From the human T2T-CHM13v2.0 reference genome, Homo sapiens: a stretch of DNA of 64,000 bases. The stretch lies in NCBI RefSeq assembly GCF_009914755.1, contig NC_060927.1. One strand, given 5' to 3'. The translations under genes were made by a program, and so were the position numbers. How positions within the stretch are numbered: position 1 is the stretch's first letter; each line of letters begins with the position of its first letter. The notes under the pieces are model-generated. The model saw only the letters and a program-made list of their open reading frames with translations, was not told the DNA's origin and ran no database searches. Of the stretch, positions 1 through 38,174 are shown one piece after another.

Positions 1-289
<289 letters not shown>

Positions 290-329
290 AAATTTTACAT
301 TTTTTACTAAGGTTTCCATGTGATTCTGA

Positions 330-800
<471 letters not shown>

Positions 801-934
801 ATGTCAGAATTTTTAATAAATTGTATCATTCAAAGTTTATGGGGGAAATTAATATATGCTTAGAAAAAATAAACATGCCAAAATATTTATAGAGCTTATA
901 TGTGAGTAATAGAATTGTGGATGATTAATGGGGA

Positions 935-1045
935 ACCATGAGAAGCCCTGATTCAGAGAGGTGAGGTAATTGCCCCAAGTTCTCGTAGCCAGCAAAGTGC
1001 TGGAGGGAGGATTCAAACCCAAGCCTGCTTCACTATTAAGTCTGC
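935..1045 (-). mobile_element. MIR SINE fragment
   Basis: ctgattcagagaggtgaggtaattgccccaag...ggattcaaacccaag resembles the antisense MIR core. Confidence 0.75.
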
Positions 1046-1103
1046 TCTCTAACAGCTGCTGAAATGTTACTTAAATTTTAAATATATACATAAAATAAAT
1101 ACA

Positions 1104-2175
<1,072 letters not shown>

Positions 2176-2864
2176 AATAAAGCATAAAGATGTTTGCATT
2201 AAGTCATAGAAATTAATCTCTTGGTCTATCAATACAGGTCCAAATTTGGTTATGCAAATGATCTAGTGTCTATAGGTAGTCAACATCTGGGAAAAGGATA
2301 TAACAAGACATTTTATTTAATACAAATTGCTTCATTGCATAGTGATACGAGTCTCCAGTGAGGAGGGAAATATTTACATAAGGAATACATGATATTCAGT
2401 GGGGAAAAAGGAACACAAACCCCAAATCTCTAGAGGCGAGGGTTGGGAAATACAGTTTATGTGAGCCAGGCCCAGGGTAGAGTATGAACAATGAGGAAAT
2501 AACAAATAGCCTGGCCTCTAGAGCTCAAAAGAGAGTCATTTTCTTTTAAGGGCGTGGAAGTACATTCTGCCCATCATGAGGCCATAGCAAGGGTATGAAT
2601 GTAAAGAGTGGAAAATTCTAAACTCGACAAGCTTTGAGGTTGGAGCTAGAAGGCCCCGAGACCCACTGTGGGCACCCTGTGGGAGCTCTGGACAATGATG
2701 ACTCAGTCTGTGAACTGCACTCCTGGAGCCTAAGCACTGGTTCTACATTTTACTCTCCCCACCTTTTTGTTTTTTTGCAAAAATGAGATTATGTCTCATT
2801 TAATCAACTAATTTTGCAGTATACCTGAACTATTTTTCAAATTATTAAATATTCTTCTACAATT

Positions 2865-5614
<2,750 letters not shown>

Positions 5615-5640
<26 letters not shown>

Positions 5641-5688
5641 AAAGGAAAGAAAGAGAGGGAGAGAGAAAGAGAGAGAGAAAGAAAGAGA
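5615..5688 (+). repeat. Polypurine (A/G) tract derived from an Alu tail
   Basis: aaaaaagaaaaaagaaaagaaaaggaaagaaagagagggagagagaaaga... Confidence 0.85.
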
Positions 5689-5799
5689 CTTAAAGGACAT
5701 TCTCTAAATATTAATATTTAATAAGAAATAGCTATGAGCAAGCATACCATGAGACATAAAATTTTATACATTTTAAAATAAATCCAAACCCTGGATATT

Positions 5800-9035
<3,236 letters not shown>

Positions 9036-9039
9036 GCAG

Positions 9040-9525
9040 TGGTTTTCCTTTGGCTCCAGGACAAAAATCCATGAGGCCTCCATGGCCTGACTTGGCCAAC
9101 TTTGCCAGCCTCATCTCTCTAGTCCACTAAGCTTTCTTCATATTAAGCTTTCTCTTCTTCTCTCCACTATCTCCTGTCATCTCCTGCCAGAGAAACTTTC
9201 CAGAGTCCTTTCACCTGTCTAATTCCTTCCTCATTCTCCAGGTCTTAACTTAGGTGACACTTTCTTCAGGACGCCTTCCTGGGCCAGCTTCTTCCTCCTG
9301 TGTGGTGTATTGCACCCCAAACATCCTCCTTTACTTCACTCATCTGACCACTCTGAAATTTCTGGTTCAGTGCCTCTGTTTCCCTAGACTGAGCTTTAGG
9401 AAGGCAGGGATATGGCCTATTTTGCTGAGCATTCTATGCTGTGGCTTGGCATAGAGCTCAGCACATAGTAAATACTCAGTAAACATTTGTCAAGTGGCTA
9501 AAAAGTGACTAAGTGAATGAGTAGA
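9040..9525 (+). mobile_element. L2 LINE 3' end
   Basis: Pyrimidine-rich body ending in gcacatagtaaatactcagtaaacatttg...gtgaatga. Confidence 0.8.
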
Positions 9526-9649
9526 GAAGGAAGATATTGATTAGTCCACCTCGGGAAGAATCCCTATACTGGAATGTTGAAAGTTGCCACAAAATATAGT
9601 AGTGAGAGAAGCTGAAGGAAGTGAGGAAAACCTGTCATAAAAGTGGCTA

Positions 9650-12790
<3,141 letters not shown>

Positions 12791-13269
12791 AATCTAACGC
12801 AAAGTTCTGAGTTAAAGTATCTGTCGATTTGAAAATGCTTACCTAGCTAAAATCTTTTCAAGATTGAGGATAAAATGTGAACAAATTTATACAAGTAATA
12901 TAAACTAAGTTTACTTCAATTATTTACATCTTTAAGAAATCTAGTAATATTTTAAATAAAATGCGGTTTCATATTTTTAAAAAACACATATTATATACCT
13001 TAAATATGTACAATTTTTATTTATAAATTATACCTCAATAAAACTAGGGGAAAAGAGCCTTAATAAAAAAAGAAAAGAATGCCAAGGTATATCATTGAAT
13101 GGAAAAGCATAGAACAGTGTGGAAACTATGCTGCCATTTGTGTGATATATGGGCACAGTCTGCTTGAAAGACATACAAGAAAATGTGTAACAGTGGGTTT
13201 CATGGTGGCAGGAACATCTTTTTAATTGATATAATATTCAAGTACTGCTCATTTAAAATAAAGAAAATT

Positions 13270-14790
<1,521 letters not shown>

Positions 14791-14844
14791 ACTTTATGTG
14801 CAGTTCTAGCCATAATTGGAAAAAACTGTAAAAAACAACCTACC

Positions 14845-15387
14845 TGTCTATAATAGGGTTCTCAAGAGAAACAAACAGGAAATCAGAATATATATGCATA
14901 TATACATATATATTCTCTATATATACATATATAGATATATATAGAGAGAGGGAGAGAGAGATTTAATAAAAGGAATTGGGTCACATGATTATGGAGGCTG
15001 ACAATTTCTAAGACCTGCTGTGGGTTAGCAAGCTGGAGACCCAGGAGAGCTGATGATGTAGTTTGAATTTGAAAGCTGGCAGACTCAAGACCCAGGAAGA
15101 GCTCGTGTCTTGGTTTGAGCCAGAAGGCAGGAAAATGCCAGTGTTCCAGTTGGAAGGCAGTCAGGCAGGAGAGATTCTGTCTTACTCAGGGGAGGGTTAG
15201 GCTATTTGTTCTCTTCAGGCCTCCAATTGATTGGATGAGGCCCACCCCTCTTAGGGAGGGCAATCTGCTTTACTTGGTCTACTGGTTTAAATGTTAATTG
15301 CATCCAGAAGCACCCAGAATGATGTTTGACCAAATCTCTGGTCATCTTGTGGCCTACTCAAGCTGACATATAAAATTAAACATTGCA
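14845..15387 (-). mobile_element. MLT2B-type ERVL LTR with internal (TA)n/(GA)n microsatellite
   Basis: tagggttctcaagagaaaca..., gattatggaggctgacaa, caagctggagacccaggagagc, gattggatgaggcccacc, caagctgacatataaaattaaacattgca. Confidence 0.85.
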
Positions 15388-15774
15388 ATGTCCTACAATA
15401 GGACAACAGGATATAATGCAGCCATTAAAATGTTAATTTTGAAGGCTAAGAAAAATAAGCATGGTAAGGAGCTGAGTAGAAAAATAAACCACAGAATACC
15501 AGATTATGCCTACAATTGCACCAGTGAAATGTGTGCACACATGGGTGAAGAATAGGTAGGAATAGGAAGAAATAAGAATAGCTTTTGTGCTAAGCTGTTG
15601 AGATTACAGGAAAGAATTTACCTTTTTCCTTTAATTTTTAATAATATAATTGTTTAAAATTCAAGAAACTGAGAATCCTAGGTGTAGAGTTTCCAGGAGG
15701 AGGGAACAGTAGCTGCAAGCGGTAACTGACACATCATCTACACTCAATAGCTGTTGAATAAATGAATAATTGCT

Positions 15775-16540
15775 ACTGTTTTCTGCTGCATTCCCCCAGA
15801 AGCACATTGTGATACAAGGATTTTTTTTTTTTTTGAGACAGAGTCTCGATCTGTTGCCCAGGCTGAAGTGCAGTGGTGCGATCTTGGCTCACTGCAACCT
15901 CTGCCTCCCAGGTTCAAGCAATTCTCTGCCTCAGCCTCCCCAGTAGCTGGGATTACAGGCATGCGCCACCACGCCCAGCTAATTTTTGTATTTTTAGTAC
16001 AGACAGGATTTCACCATCTTGGACAGGCTGGTCTTGAACTCCCGACCTCAGGCAGTCCACCCACCTCGACCTCCCAAAGTGCTGGGCTTACAGGCATGAG
16101 CCACTGCACCTGGCCTGTGATACAAGGATTTGAGGGCAAGTTGTTTATTTGGGAGGTAATCACTGGTAGGAGAGTCGGGGAGTGAGGCTGGGAAGAGAAA
16201 GAAGCCAATATAGGGCACTTCAATGAGGTTACCATTGAAGGTAACTCCACGGGACCTCTGGGAGAATGTTGGGAGTAGGCTTCAGGTTTGTCTCGCAGAG
16301 GACAAGAAAGAAGGAGTTTTAATCTCCCAACTCTCATTCATCTTGGTTGAAAGGGCTGCTCCTGGGGGCATTACCTCCTTGGCATTTTCAGCCTGCCCCA
16401 AGCAAGGGTCCATCACACCTCTGTGACTAGTGAAAGCCTGCAGGCAGAGAGTCACAGGTGCTTGCAGTTAGAAGCTGTTGATTATATGGGAACAGTGAGT
16501 GCTGCAAGGATAGGGTGGGGCACTGAGGACACTTGCAGAG
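15775..16540 (-). mobile_element. LTR33-like ERVL LTR interrupted by an AluS (15821-16115)
   Basis: ttcccccagaagca...gatacaaggatttgagggcaagttgtttatttgggagg; 16-bp Alu TSD tgtgatacaaggattt. Confidence 0.7.
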
Positions 16541-16544
16541 TTTA

Positions 16545-16720
16545 TCATTATTGAACACCTGCATGATTCAGGCACTTAGAGAATAGTTTCTCTAATTCCC
16601 ACAACAGGGTTATGCAGTGAATATTATTAGGGAAGAAACAAGCTCAGAGAGGTTGTGACTTGCTCAGAGTCATGCAGGGCAAGGTACAGAATCAATTAAG
16701 TTATTTGAACTACAAAGATT
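16545..16720 (-). mobile_element. MIR fragment
   Basis: gaagaaacaagctcagagaggttgtgacttgctcagagtcatgcag. Confidence 0.7.
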
Positions 16721-16780
16721 TCTTTTTCTCTTCCTCTTGCTACCTCCCAGTTAAACTCAATGCTTTCTAAATAAACTCAC

Positions 16781-16889
16781 CAAAAAAAGTAAAATGATGA
16801 CATCTGAGAGGTAACAATAATTCAGTAAGATCAGCTTTAAAACAGCATAACTATTTAGGTCCAATCACATAATCAACAAGTATTGAAAT
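16781..16889 (-). ncRNA. Candidate internal exon (109 nt) of a non-coding transcript
   Basis: Minus strand: branch point ctgac, tttctctttctcttacag acceptor, donor TTG|gtgagt; stops in all three frames; no repeat recognised. Confidence 0.5.
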
Positions 16890-17069
16890 CTGTAAGAGAA
16901 AGAGAAAGTCAGCATGGGGAGGAGGGCATCTACCAGGGCAGAAGTACCAATACCAGCTGACTGAAGCCAGGGTCAATAAACCCACACCTACTGCTTTCCA
17001 AGAGATTAAAGAAGAAATTATGACCATGAAAGGAAATATGTAGGTACTATGAAAACAGCAAATCTGTTT

Positions 17070-17375
17070 GTCATTCCCTCCCTCAAAATTCTTCAATGAT
17101 TCCCAATTTCTTTCAGTATAATTCCCTTAGTAGAACATGTAAATACTTTGAGATTTGGCCCTTGCTAACCTCTCCATGCTCATCTTCTACCACTCACTCA
17201 CAGCCATATGCAACTACTTAAAATCCTCAGAACAGCCCATCTCTGTCACAGCCCTGAGCCCTTGTAAGGGCTGTTTCTGCTACCTGGAATTCCATCTTCC
17301 TCTCTTTTCCACCTGGCTAATTCCTACTTGTTATTCAAGGCTTAGCTTGGTCATTACCTATTATAGTGAAGTTTC
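17070..17375 (+). mobile_element. L2 fragment
   Basis: ctcaaaattcttcaatgattcccaatt..., ttccacctggctaattcctacttgttattcaagg. Confidence 0.7.
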
Positions 17376-17518
17376 TCAATCTTTTAAAAACCATACTGCT
17401 AAATAATATATACAAATATCTCATACCAGCCTTCCCATGAAACTCTATTTCCTTTTGAGAATTACTGATAAACAAAATTTATAATCTACCTTCTGAATAT
17501 CTCCACCATCTGAGATGA

Positions 17519-18152
<634 letters not shown>

Positions 18153-18924
18153 TAGGAAATTTTTCAAGATGCCAGGCTAAGGTAGGTACCATCTCTCTGT
18201 TCACCAAACATCTAATACACATGACTTTATATTAAGTCTTTCACATTGTTTTGAATATGTTGATTTAATTAACTTTCCACTGAATTCCATAATTAAAGGA
18301 ATAGATGTGTATTAAGCCTCTACAATCAGTACAGTTCCAGGCACTGTACTAATTTTGTGAGGTATTACCATCCTCAGGAGGAAAAAGAGGACAGGGGCTA
18401 TGAAATCTATCAAGTATGGATCCAACTAGTAAGTGATGAAGCTAAACTCCAGGCTCCATGTGCCTGACCTCAGAGTCTGTGCTCCTTTGCTAAAGAGTGT
18501 TTCCTGCCTGAGGCAGAGGCTGTGCAGAGCTATGTATCCATGTACTCAGCACAGTGCCTGAAACATAGTAGGCATATCATATGTTGGAGGTGAACAAATG
18601 AGCCAAAGACATCAAGAAAAGCAATAAAAACTTGAATAGATGTCACTGGGCAAATAAGTGATTGAGAAGAAACATCAAGCCAGAAACACAAATCACAGGG
18701 CATTTGCACAGAGTGATTCAAAACAAAACCAAAAAGGCACAAAACAATGTAAGAAAAACTAAAAGACTTAGAACATAGATTAGAAACATTGAAGTGAAAA
18801 CAATAAGGAAACTATAGGAAATAGAGAAGGCTGACAATGAGGAAGCCATCATCAGAGAAATAAGGGAAGAAAACATAGCTGAATAGAAAAAAAAAACAGC
18901 ACTCTTTTTGTGATCATCTGTTTA

Positions 18925-22897
<3,973 letters not shown>

Positions 22898-23119
22898 TGA
22901 CAATGTATTCTTTGGTATTGGTGTTCTCGCAAATGAAAACTTAAAACCTTCAAAATAAAAATGATTCTTGGAAACACAGCATACAAAATGTGGTGATAAT
23001 CTCCTTGAATATTTAAGAAGAAAAGAAAGAGATCTAAAGTTACCTGCACAGTTTCTTAGTCATTCTATGACAGTCAGAAAGCATCATTGTCAGCTTATTT
23101 TAGGTGCATATTGTGTGTG

Positions 23120-24970
<1,851 letters not shown>

Positions 24971-25046
24971 GTATATATATATATATGTATATATATATAT
25001 ACGTGTGTGTGTGTATATATATATATGTGTATATATATATATATAT
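24971..25046. repeat. Compound (TA)n/(TG)n microsatellite
   Basis: gtatatatatatatatgtatatatatatatacgtgtgtgtgtgtatatat... Confidence 0.95.
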
Positions 25047-26038
25047 TTTTTTTTCTTTCTTTCTTTTTTTGAGCAGAGTCTCGCTCTGGCACCCAGGCTG
25101 GAATGCGATGGCGTGATCTCGGCTCACTACAACCTCCACCTCCTGGGTTCAAGTGATTCTCCTGCCTCAGCCTCCTGAGTAGCTGGGACTACAGGTGCCT
25201 GCCACCGCGCCCGGCTAATTTTTGTATTTTTAGTAGAGATGGGGTTTCCCCATGTTGGCCATGCTGGTCTTGAACTCCTGACCTCAAATGATCCACCCAC
25301 CTCGGCCTTCCAAAGTTTTGAGATTACAGGAGTGAGTCACTGTGCCCAGCCATGTAGTGACACTTCCAATTCAAACTCAGGAATACAGGATTTTTTCTTA
25401 ACCTCATCTACCTTAATCTACTTCTTTTCTTCCTCCACCAAAAAATCGGTATAACCACGCTGTTGCTTTATCTCAAAATGCACACACAACAATCTTAGAA
25501 TAACAGCACTGACATTAACACAAACATGATTGTTAAAAATGAATTTGGATTTTTTTTTTCCAATTGTTTTTATCCTTAGGGTATATCCCACTAAGAATAT
25601 ACATTCAAATTAGAGCATTTTAAACTCATTTGAAATAATTCATATTTGTATGGTTATACCACCAACTCAACATACATAAATTAGGGTTGTTTATCTCATT
25701 TTGCTTTTGATATTTTGGAGTTTTTTTTTTTAAATACATATTTTGGCTGGCATAGTGGCGCACACCTGTAATCTCAGTGCTTTGGGAGGATCACTTGAGG
25801 CAAGTTCAAGGCCAGCCTGGGCAACATAGCAAGACCTTGTCTCTACAAAAAAAATTTAAAAATTGGCCGGGCATTGTAACTCACGCCTGTAATCCCAGCA
25901 CTTTGGGAGGCTGAGGCAGACAGATTGCTTTGAGCTTAGGAGTTCAAAATCAGCCTGGGCATCACGGTGAAACCCTGTCTCTATTTAAAAAAATAAAAAT
26001 AAGCCGGGTGTAGTGGTGCACACCTGTAGTCCTAGCTA

Positions 26039-26206
<168 letters not shown>

Positions 26207-26446
26207 TTACATGATTCCATGGTCAAATGTGTAAAACAAGATGTATTCGGAAGGGTTTTTCGATCCCTGTCTCCTCTATCCTTTCCTTCCCTCTAGCATA
26301 CCATACACAGTTTTGGGGGTTTCTTTTTTCATTTGCTAATATGTCCAGAGCACCTATACTATATATACTGCTATATATACTATAGCAGTATATATAGGTA
26401 TTCCTTATTGCTTTTTTTGTTTTTTTGTTTTTTTGGTTTTTTTTGA

Positions 26447-26763
<317 letters not shown>

Positions 26764-26927
26764 TAATTAATTCCATCAGTTCCCTCCTAAAAGATACTCG
26801 GATTCTTTCTAGTCTTTTGTTATTATACTTAATTAAGTACTGAAGTACTGATCTTTTCAGATATTTTGTTGAGATATTGGAGCTACCCATACCCAAGTTT
26901 GTTGGCTGTCTTCAGGGAAAGTACTAA

Positions 26928-27401
<474 letters not shown>

Positions 27402-27493
27402 TAATCACAGTGTTTTCCAATTTTTGTTTTTGTAGTGTTTATTGAAAATTCTCTATATTGTATTTAATATACAATAATAAGCTTCATTTTTAA

Positions 27494-27987
<494 letters not shown>

Positions 27988-28092
27988 TGAGTAGCTGGAT
28001 TACAGATGCCCATCACCACGCCCAGCTAATTTTTGTATATTTAGTACAGATAGGGTTTTACCATGTTGGGCAGGCTAGTCTCAAACTCCTGA

Positions 28093-28380
<288 letters not shown>

Positions 28381-28716
28381 TGAACTCCTGACCTCAGGTG
28401 ATCTGCCCGCCTCGGCCTCCCAAAGTGCTGGGATTACAGGCATGAGCCACTGCGCCTGGCCTCTGCTAATCTTTAATACAAATTTTGATATATTTTTACT
28501 TTGTCACACATAGCAACATATATTCTTTTTGAAAAATTTGTTTCTTATGTATTTTTATATTACACCACAATGTAAAAATATATTTCTTGTGAGTCATAGT
28601 CAAATGATACAATCTAAAGAGGATGGAATATCCATAAGTATCGATAATTTAGGATTTTTGTTTTATTTTGTTTTCAATTCCTTAACCCCAACCCCTCTGA
28701 AGCTAGAGGCACTGAC

Positions 28717-28917
28717 CTTCACACTCCAAGAAATCTTGTTCTCTGCTCTGCTCCAGGCTTGGTGTCCTGCTGCTCGCCCAGTCTCCTGCGGTGCCTGCAC
28801 AGTCTTCTGCACTTCCACCTGCACTGTGCGTGGACAGACTGGCTGTTGCAGTCTGTCATCTTGTCATTCCTGTGGCTGATGAGGTGGAGGAAGGACTTCT
28901 CCCACAAGGTCTGTAAT
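28717..28917 (-). other. Candidate exon (201 nt) in a non-repeat GC-richer island
   Basis: Minus: cttactgtccctttaaaag|ATT...GAAG|gtcagt; the phase-0 frame has one internal TGA. Confidence 0.3.
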
Positions 28918-29659
28918 CTTTTAAAGGGACAGTAAGATACCACAGTCTCGCCCCCTTATTCCTTTTGGCATGTCAACTATTACAACTCTGTTTGTTAAAA
29001 CATTCACGTATCCCAGGCTGGGTGCAGTGGCTGATGCCTGTAATCCCAGCACTTTGGAAGGCTGAGGTGGGAGGATCACTGGAGGTCAGGAGATCAAGAC
29101 CAGCCTGAACAACACGGTGAAACCCCGTCTCTACTAAAGATACAAAAATTAGCCCGGTGTGGTAATGCGCACCTGTAATTCCAGCTACTCAGGAGGCTGA
29201 GGCATGAGAATCGCTTGAACCTGGGTGGCAGAGGTTGGAACCTCAGGCGTGAGCTGAAATCGTGCCACTGCACTCCAGCCTGGGTGATAACAGTGAAACT
29301 CCATCTCAAAAATAATAATAATAATAATTAAAACAAAAAAACCAGGCCAGGCGCGGTGGCTCACGCCTGTAATCCCAGCACTTTGGGAGGCTGAGGCAGG
29401 AAGATCACGAGATCAGGAGTTCAAGACCAGCCTGGCCAAGATGGTGAAACCCCACCCCTACTAAAAATAAAAAAACTAGCCGAGCATGGTGGTGGATGCC
29501 TGGTATCCTAGCTACTCAGGAGGCTGAGGCAGAGAATTGCTTGAACCTGGGAGGCAGAGGTTGCAGTGAGCTGAGATCTCGCCACTGCACTCCAGCCTGG
29601 GTGACAGAGCGAGACTCCATCTCAAAAAAAAAAAAAAAAAAAAATTGACCTGCGTTCAA

Positions 29660-30235
29660 ATTAGCCCTGATTCTGTGACAGAAATAAAAGTACGTCTACT
29701 TTACTGAGAAGGCAAAGGCGGAGAGACCACTTAGGAGATTGTTGCTGTGTGTCCAGATAAGAAGGGGTGGTGGCTTGCGCAGCGTATTGGCAGAGAGGGG
29801 GCGCAATGGACCCATTCACTAGGTATGTACAAGATGGACTCAACAGAACTGAATGACTGAGGGGATGAGAGGCCAGGGGAGAACAGAAGTTAATGATACT
29901 TCTAGGCTTCCAGGTAAAACATGTGGGAGAGGGAGGGGGACAAACACAGAAATAGAGGATGTAGGCGGAGGAGCCAGTTTGGGGAAGAAGCTGGTGATTC
30001 AGCTTGAGCACAGTGAGTTTTAGATGCCAGGAAGACATCCATGGAGGGAAGCCCTGTGGCCACCTTCATACATAGACCTGAAGCTGGGCATACAGAGAAG
30101 GGAGCTAACTGCTAACTATGACAATGGAAGCCACAGTCAGAAATTAGCATGTTTCAGGAGAGGGTGAGAAGAGAAAACGGCCTCAGGCAGAACCCTGAGG
30201 GACGTCATATTTACAGGTGGATAAAAGGAGAATCC
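29660..30235 (-). mobile_element. L2 LINE fragment
   Basis: Purine-rich antisense L2 motifs: ggagagaccacttaggagattgttgc, gtgattcagcttgagcacagtgagttttagatgcc, caggcagaaccctgagg. Confidence 0.8.
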
Positions 30236-30465
30236 AGCTAGAGCCATCCCTGGTCTCTCTCGCTAGTGTTTGCTATTCCCTGGCCCACCTTTCTAGCTCT
30301 AGCTGCGTACAGTGTGCCAGGATGCACTGCGCTTATGTGCTGAAGATATCAAGACAAATTAACTATATTTAAATCTTTTGTCCTACAGACCTGCAGAGGA
30401 AGGTGACGTATCAATAAACAAGTACATGTTTGCGTAGTGTTCTGAACCCTGGCATATGGAATATA

Positions 30466-31149
<684 letters not shown>

Positions 31150-31257
31150 TATTAGTCATGCCTTTTTATTTTTTTGTTTCTGATGGTTTGACATCTGGGG
31201 CCTGACCCTAGAGAGACTTCCCCTCCCAAGGGGAGGCGATTCCTAGAGATGGTAAAG
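31150..31257 (+). mobile_element. MER74-like ERVL LTR 5' fragment
   Basis: tgatggtttgacatctggggcctgaccctagagagacttcccctcccaagg...attcctagagat. Confidence 0.6.
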
Positions 31258-32308
31258 GTGCTTGGGGCAGTTGTCCAGTTCCTGTGTCTGTCCTCCAGCC
31301 TGTGCCCCTCACAAGTGACCAGGTGTTCGAGTTGGTACCACCAGGAATCTAGTACCTCACTCATGTAATACTTAGAATCACTGTTTTGGGTCAGTGGAAT
31401 GGGTATCTGCACACAGACAAGAGGTGTCCTCAAGGGCTGAGCAGAACAGGAAGAGGGAGAAGACGGAGTAGATGGTCAGAGAGGGCCAGAGGAATCCGAG
31501 GATTGATGTGATTATGGATCATGGGCTATGAGGGACTGGTATCCTGGGTGATGGCCCCTCAGGTAATCTAGTTATCTGACCTATTCGTAGTGTAGTCCCT
31601 GAGGTCCTCCAAGAACTGAGAACACACGGTTAGGGTTCTTTCTGTTCTAGCTTCCAGAAATAAGGAAATGTTGAGTGGTACAGGGGGTCATGACTACCCA
31701 CCAATACATGGAGCCTGCAGAGGCTGCCCGAGCCTGCCACTTGGCAGATAGGGCCACTAAACAGGTAGAGACTGAAGTGGTTCCTGGGCAGTGGTGGGCT
31801 GGGTTTGGGAGAAGAACCTCATGATCCTCACCTCCCACCCCTAGCCAGGAAACAAAAAATGTGATTTCTCAAATTTCTCCACAAACCTATCTTATGTTTC
31901 TGCAAATGGTGAAATCTTCAGAGGAAAACAGAACAAAAACCAGGCTGTCTAGAGGAACCTCCAGTTAATTGTCTGGCGGGGGAAAATGAATGTCTGTGAG
32001 AAGAGTATCTCTAGCTACGCTTCTAGCTTTCCCTGCCGCACTCAGGGTGCCCAGAGGGGGGAGGGACTGCTTTCTCTCCTGACCCCCAACCAGTGCCTTC
32101 TTGGCCCTAGAAGTCCTGACTGGTCCCAATAACTGTGCCTGATTCTTCTCCCTGGCAGGCCCTCCTTCCGTGTGAGGGGATTCAAGGAGGGTTTTTGGGG
32201 TGGTATTCCTGAATACCAGAAAATCTGCTGATAGAGAAGTAGAGGTAGAGAGCATGTAAAATGGAGCCCATATGAAAGCTCTTTATGTAAAAGAATTGCT
32301 TGAATTTA

Positions 32309-34245
<1,937 letters not shown>

Positions 34246-34821
34246 CTAAAAAAGTTCTAAAAGATTAACAGCTAACTGGGGCATGGATGCTCATATTTTT
34301 TTCACTGTATCTTCCTATATGCTTGAAATATGGCCAGAAAGAAAAGGAAAGCCAAAGGTGAGGAAGTGGAAAAAGCAAGGATCTTGGCTCTGAAGTCTGA
34401 GAGAGAGGGTAGGAGCTACAAAAGGAAGAAGGGCCAAGACTGCTAAATGGAGCCACAAGTTTTGAAATGCTGACAAGTCAGAGGCCAGACCTTGTCTTTT
34501 CATTTTTTATTATCCCCTTCCAGTTTGACAAATAATACTTGGCAATTAAGTAAGCACTCTATGACTTTTGTTGAATGGATGAATGGAGTTAATAGAAACA
34601 GTTGGCATCAGTAGGACATATAGTTGAACATTCCTTTTTCACAAGGTCGCTCAGACTTTACTGAATAGATTCCTCTGGGAACAATTGCTTCCCTCTGAAA
34701 AAAAAGCCATCTCTTCTGACTAAATGGAGATTTCTGCCAGCTTCCTAGCACTGATTACAATTCAGCATCCTTTCTTGATTAAAACCCTAACATAATTAGG
34801 TATCTATTTTAAAAAAAAAGG

Positions 34822-37320
<2,499 letters not shown>

Positions 37321-37656
37321 ATTCCATTGTCACAGATGTCAGCCTAAAACTGGAAGTATTTAAAATTTAAATTGAAGCAAGATTTTACAGTATATGATAA
37401 AAATTCATTATATTTTTCTCTTCTATTTTCATACAGCAAAATGCAATATAAACAGTTTTTCACAATAGTAATAAAAATTTAATTGACTTGATTTAAAAGC
37501 AAAGATATTGATTTAAAAGCAAAGAAAACGATAAAACTATAATGTGATAAAGGAGTATATGAATATAGAAGAGATAATCCTTGCTTGAGAAGGATCAATA
37601 TCGTAAAGATGACATTTTCACAGTGAATATATAAAGTTCCATTCAACAAGCATTAA

Positions 37657-37893
<237 letters not shown>

Positions 37894-38174
37894 TGAATCC
37901 TGACTTCAAGTGATCTGCCCTCCTTGGCCTCCCAAAGTGTTGGGATTACAGGCGTGAGTCACTGCACCCAACCTCAACAAGCATTTTTAATACTTATTAT
38001 ATGTTAATCATTATATTCAATGCTGTAAAAAAATATATGAACAAGACATTCTGACATTTACAGGTACTGAGACACTGGAGTCACTATGTGGAAAGGAATT
38101 AGCTTGGATTTTTACCTTATCTCTTACAATGTAATGAGCCCCAGGTGAATCTTCCATTTATTCCCTCTGTTCTC

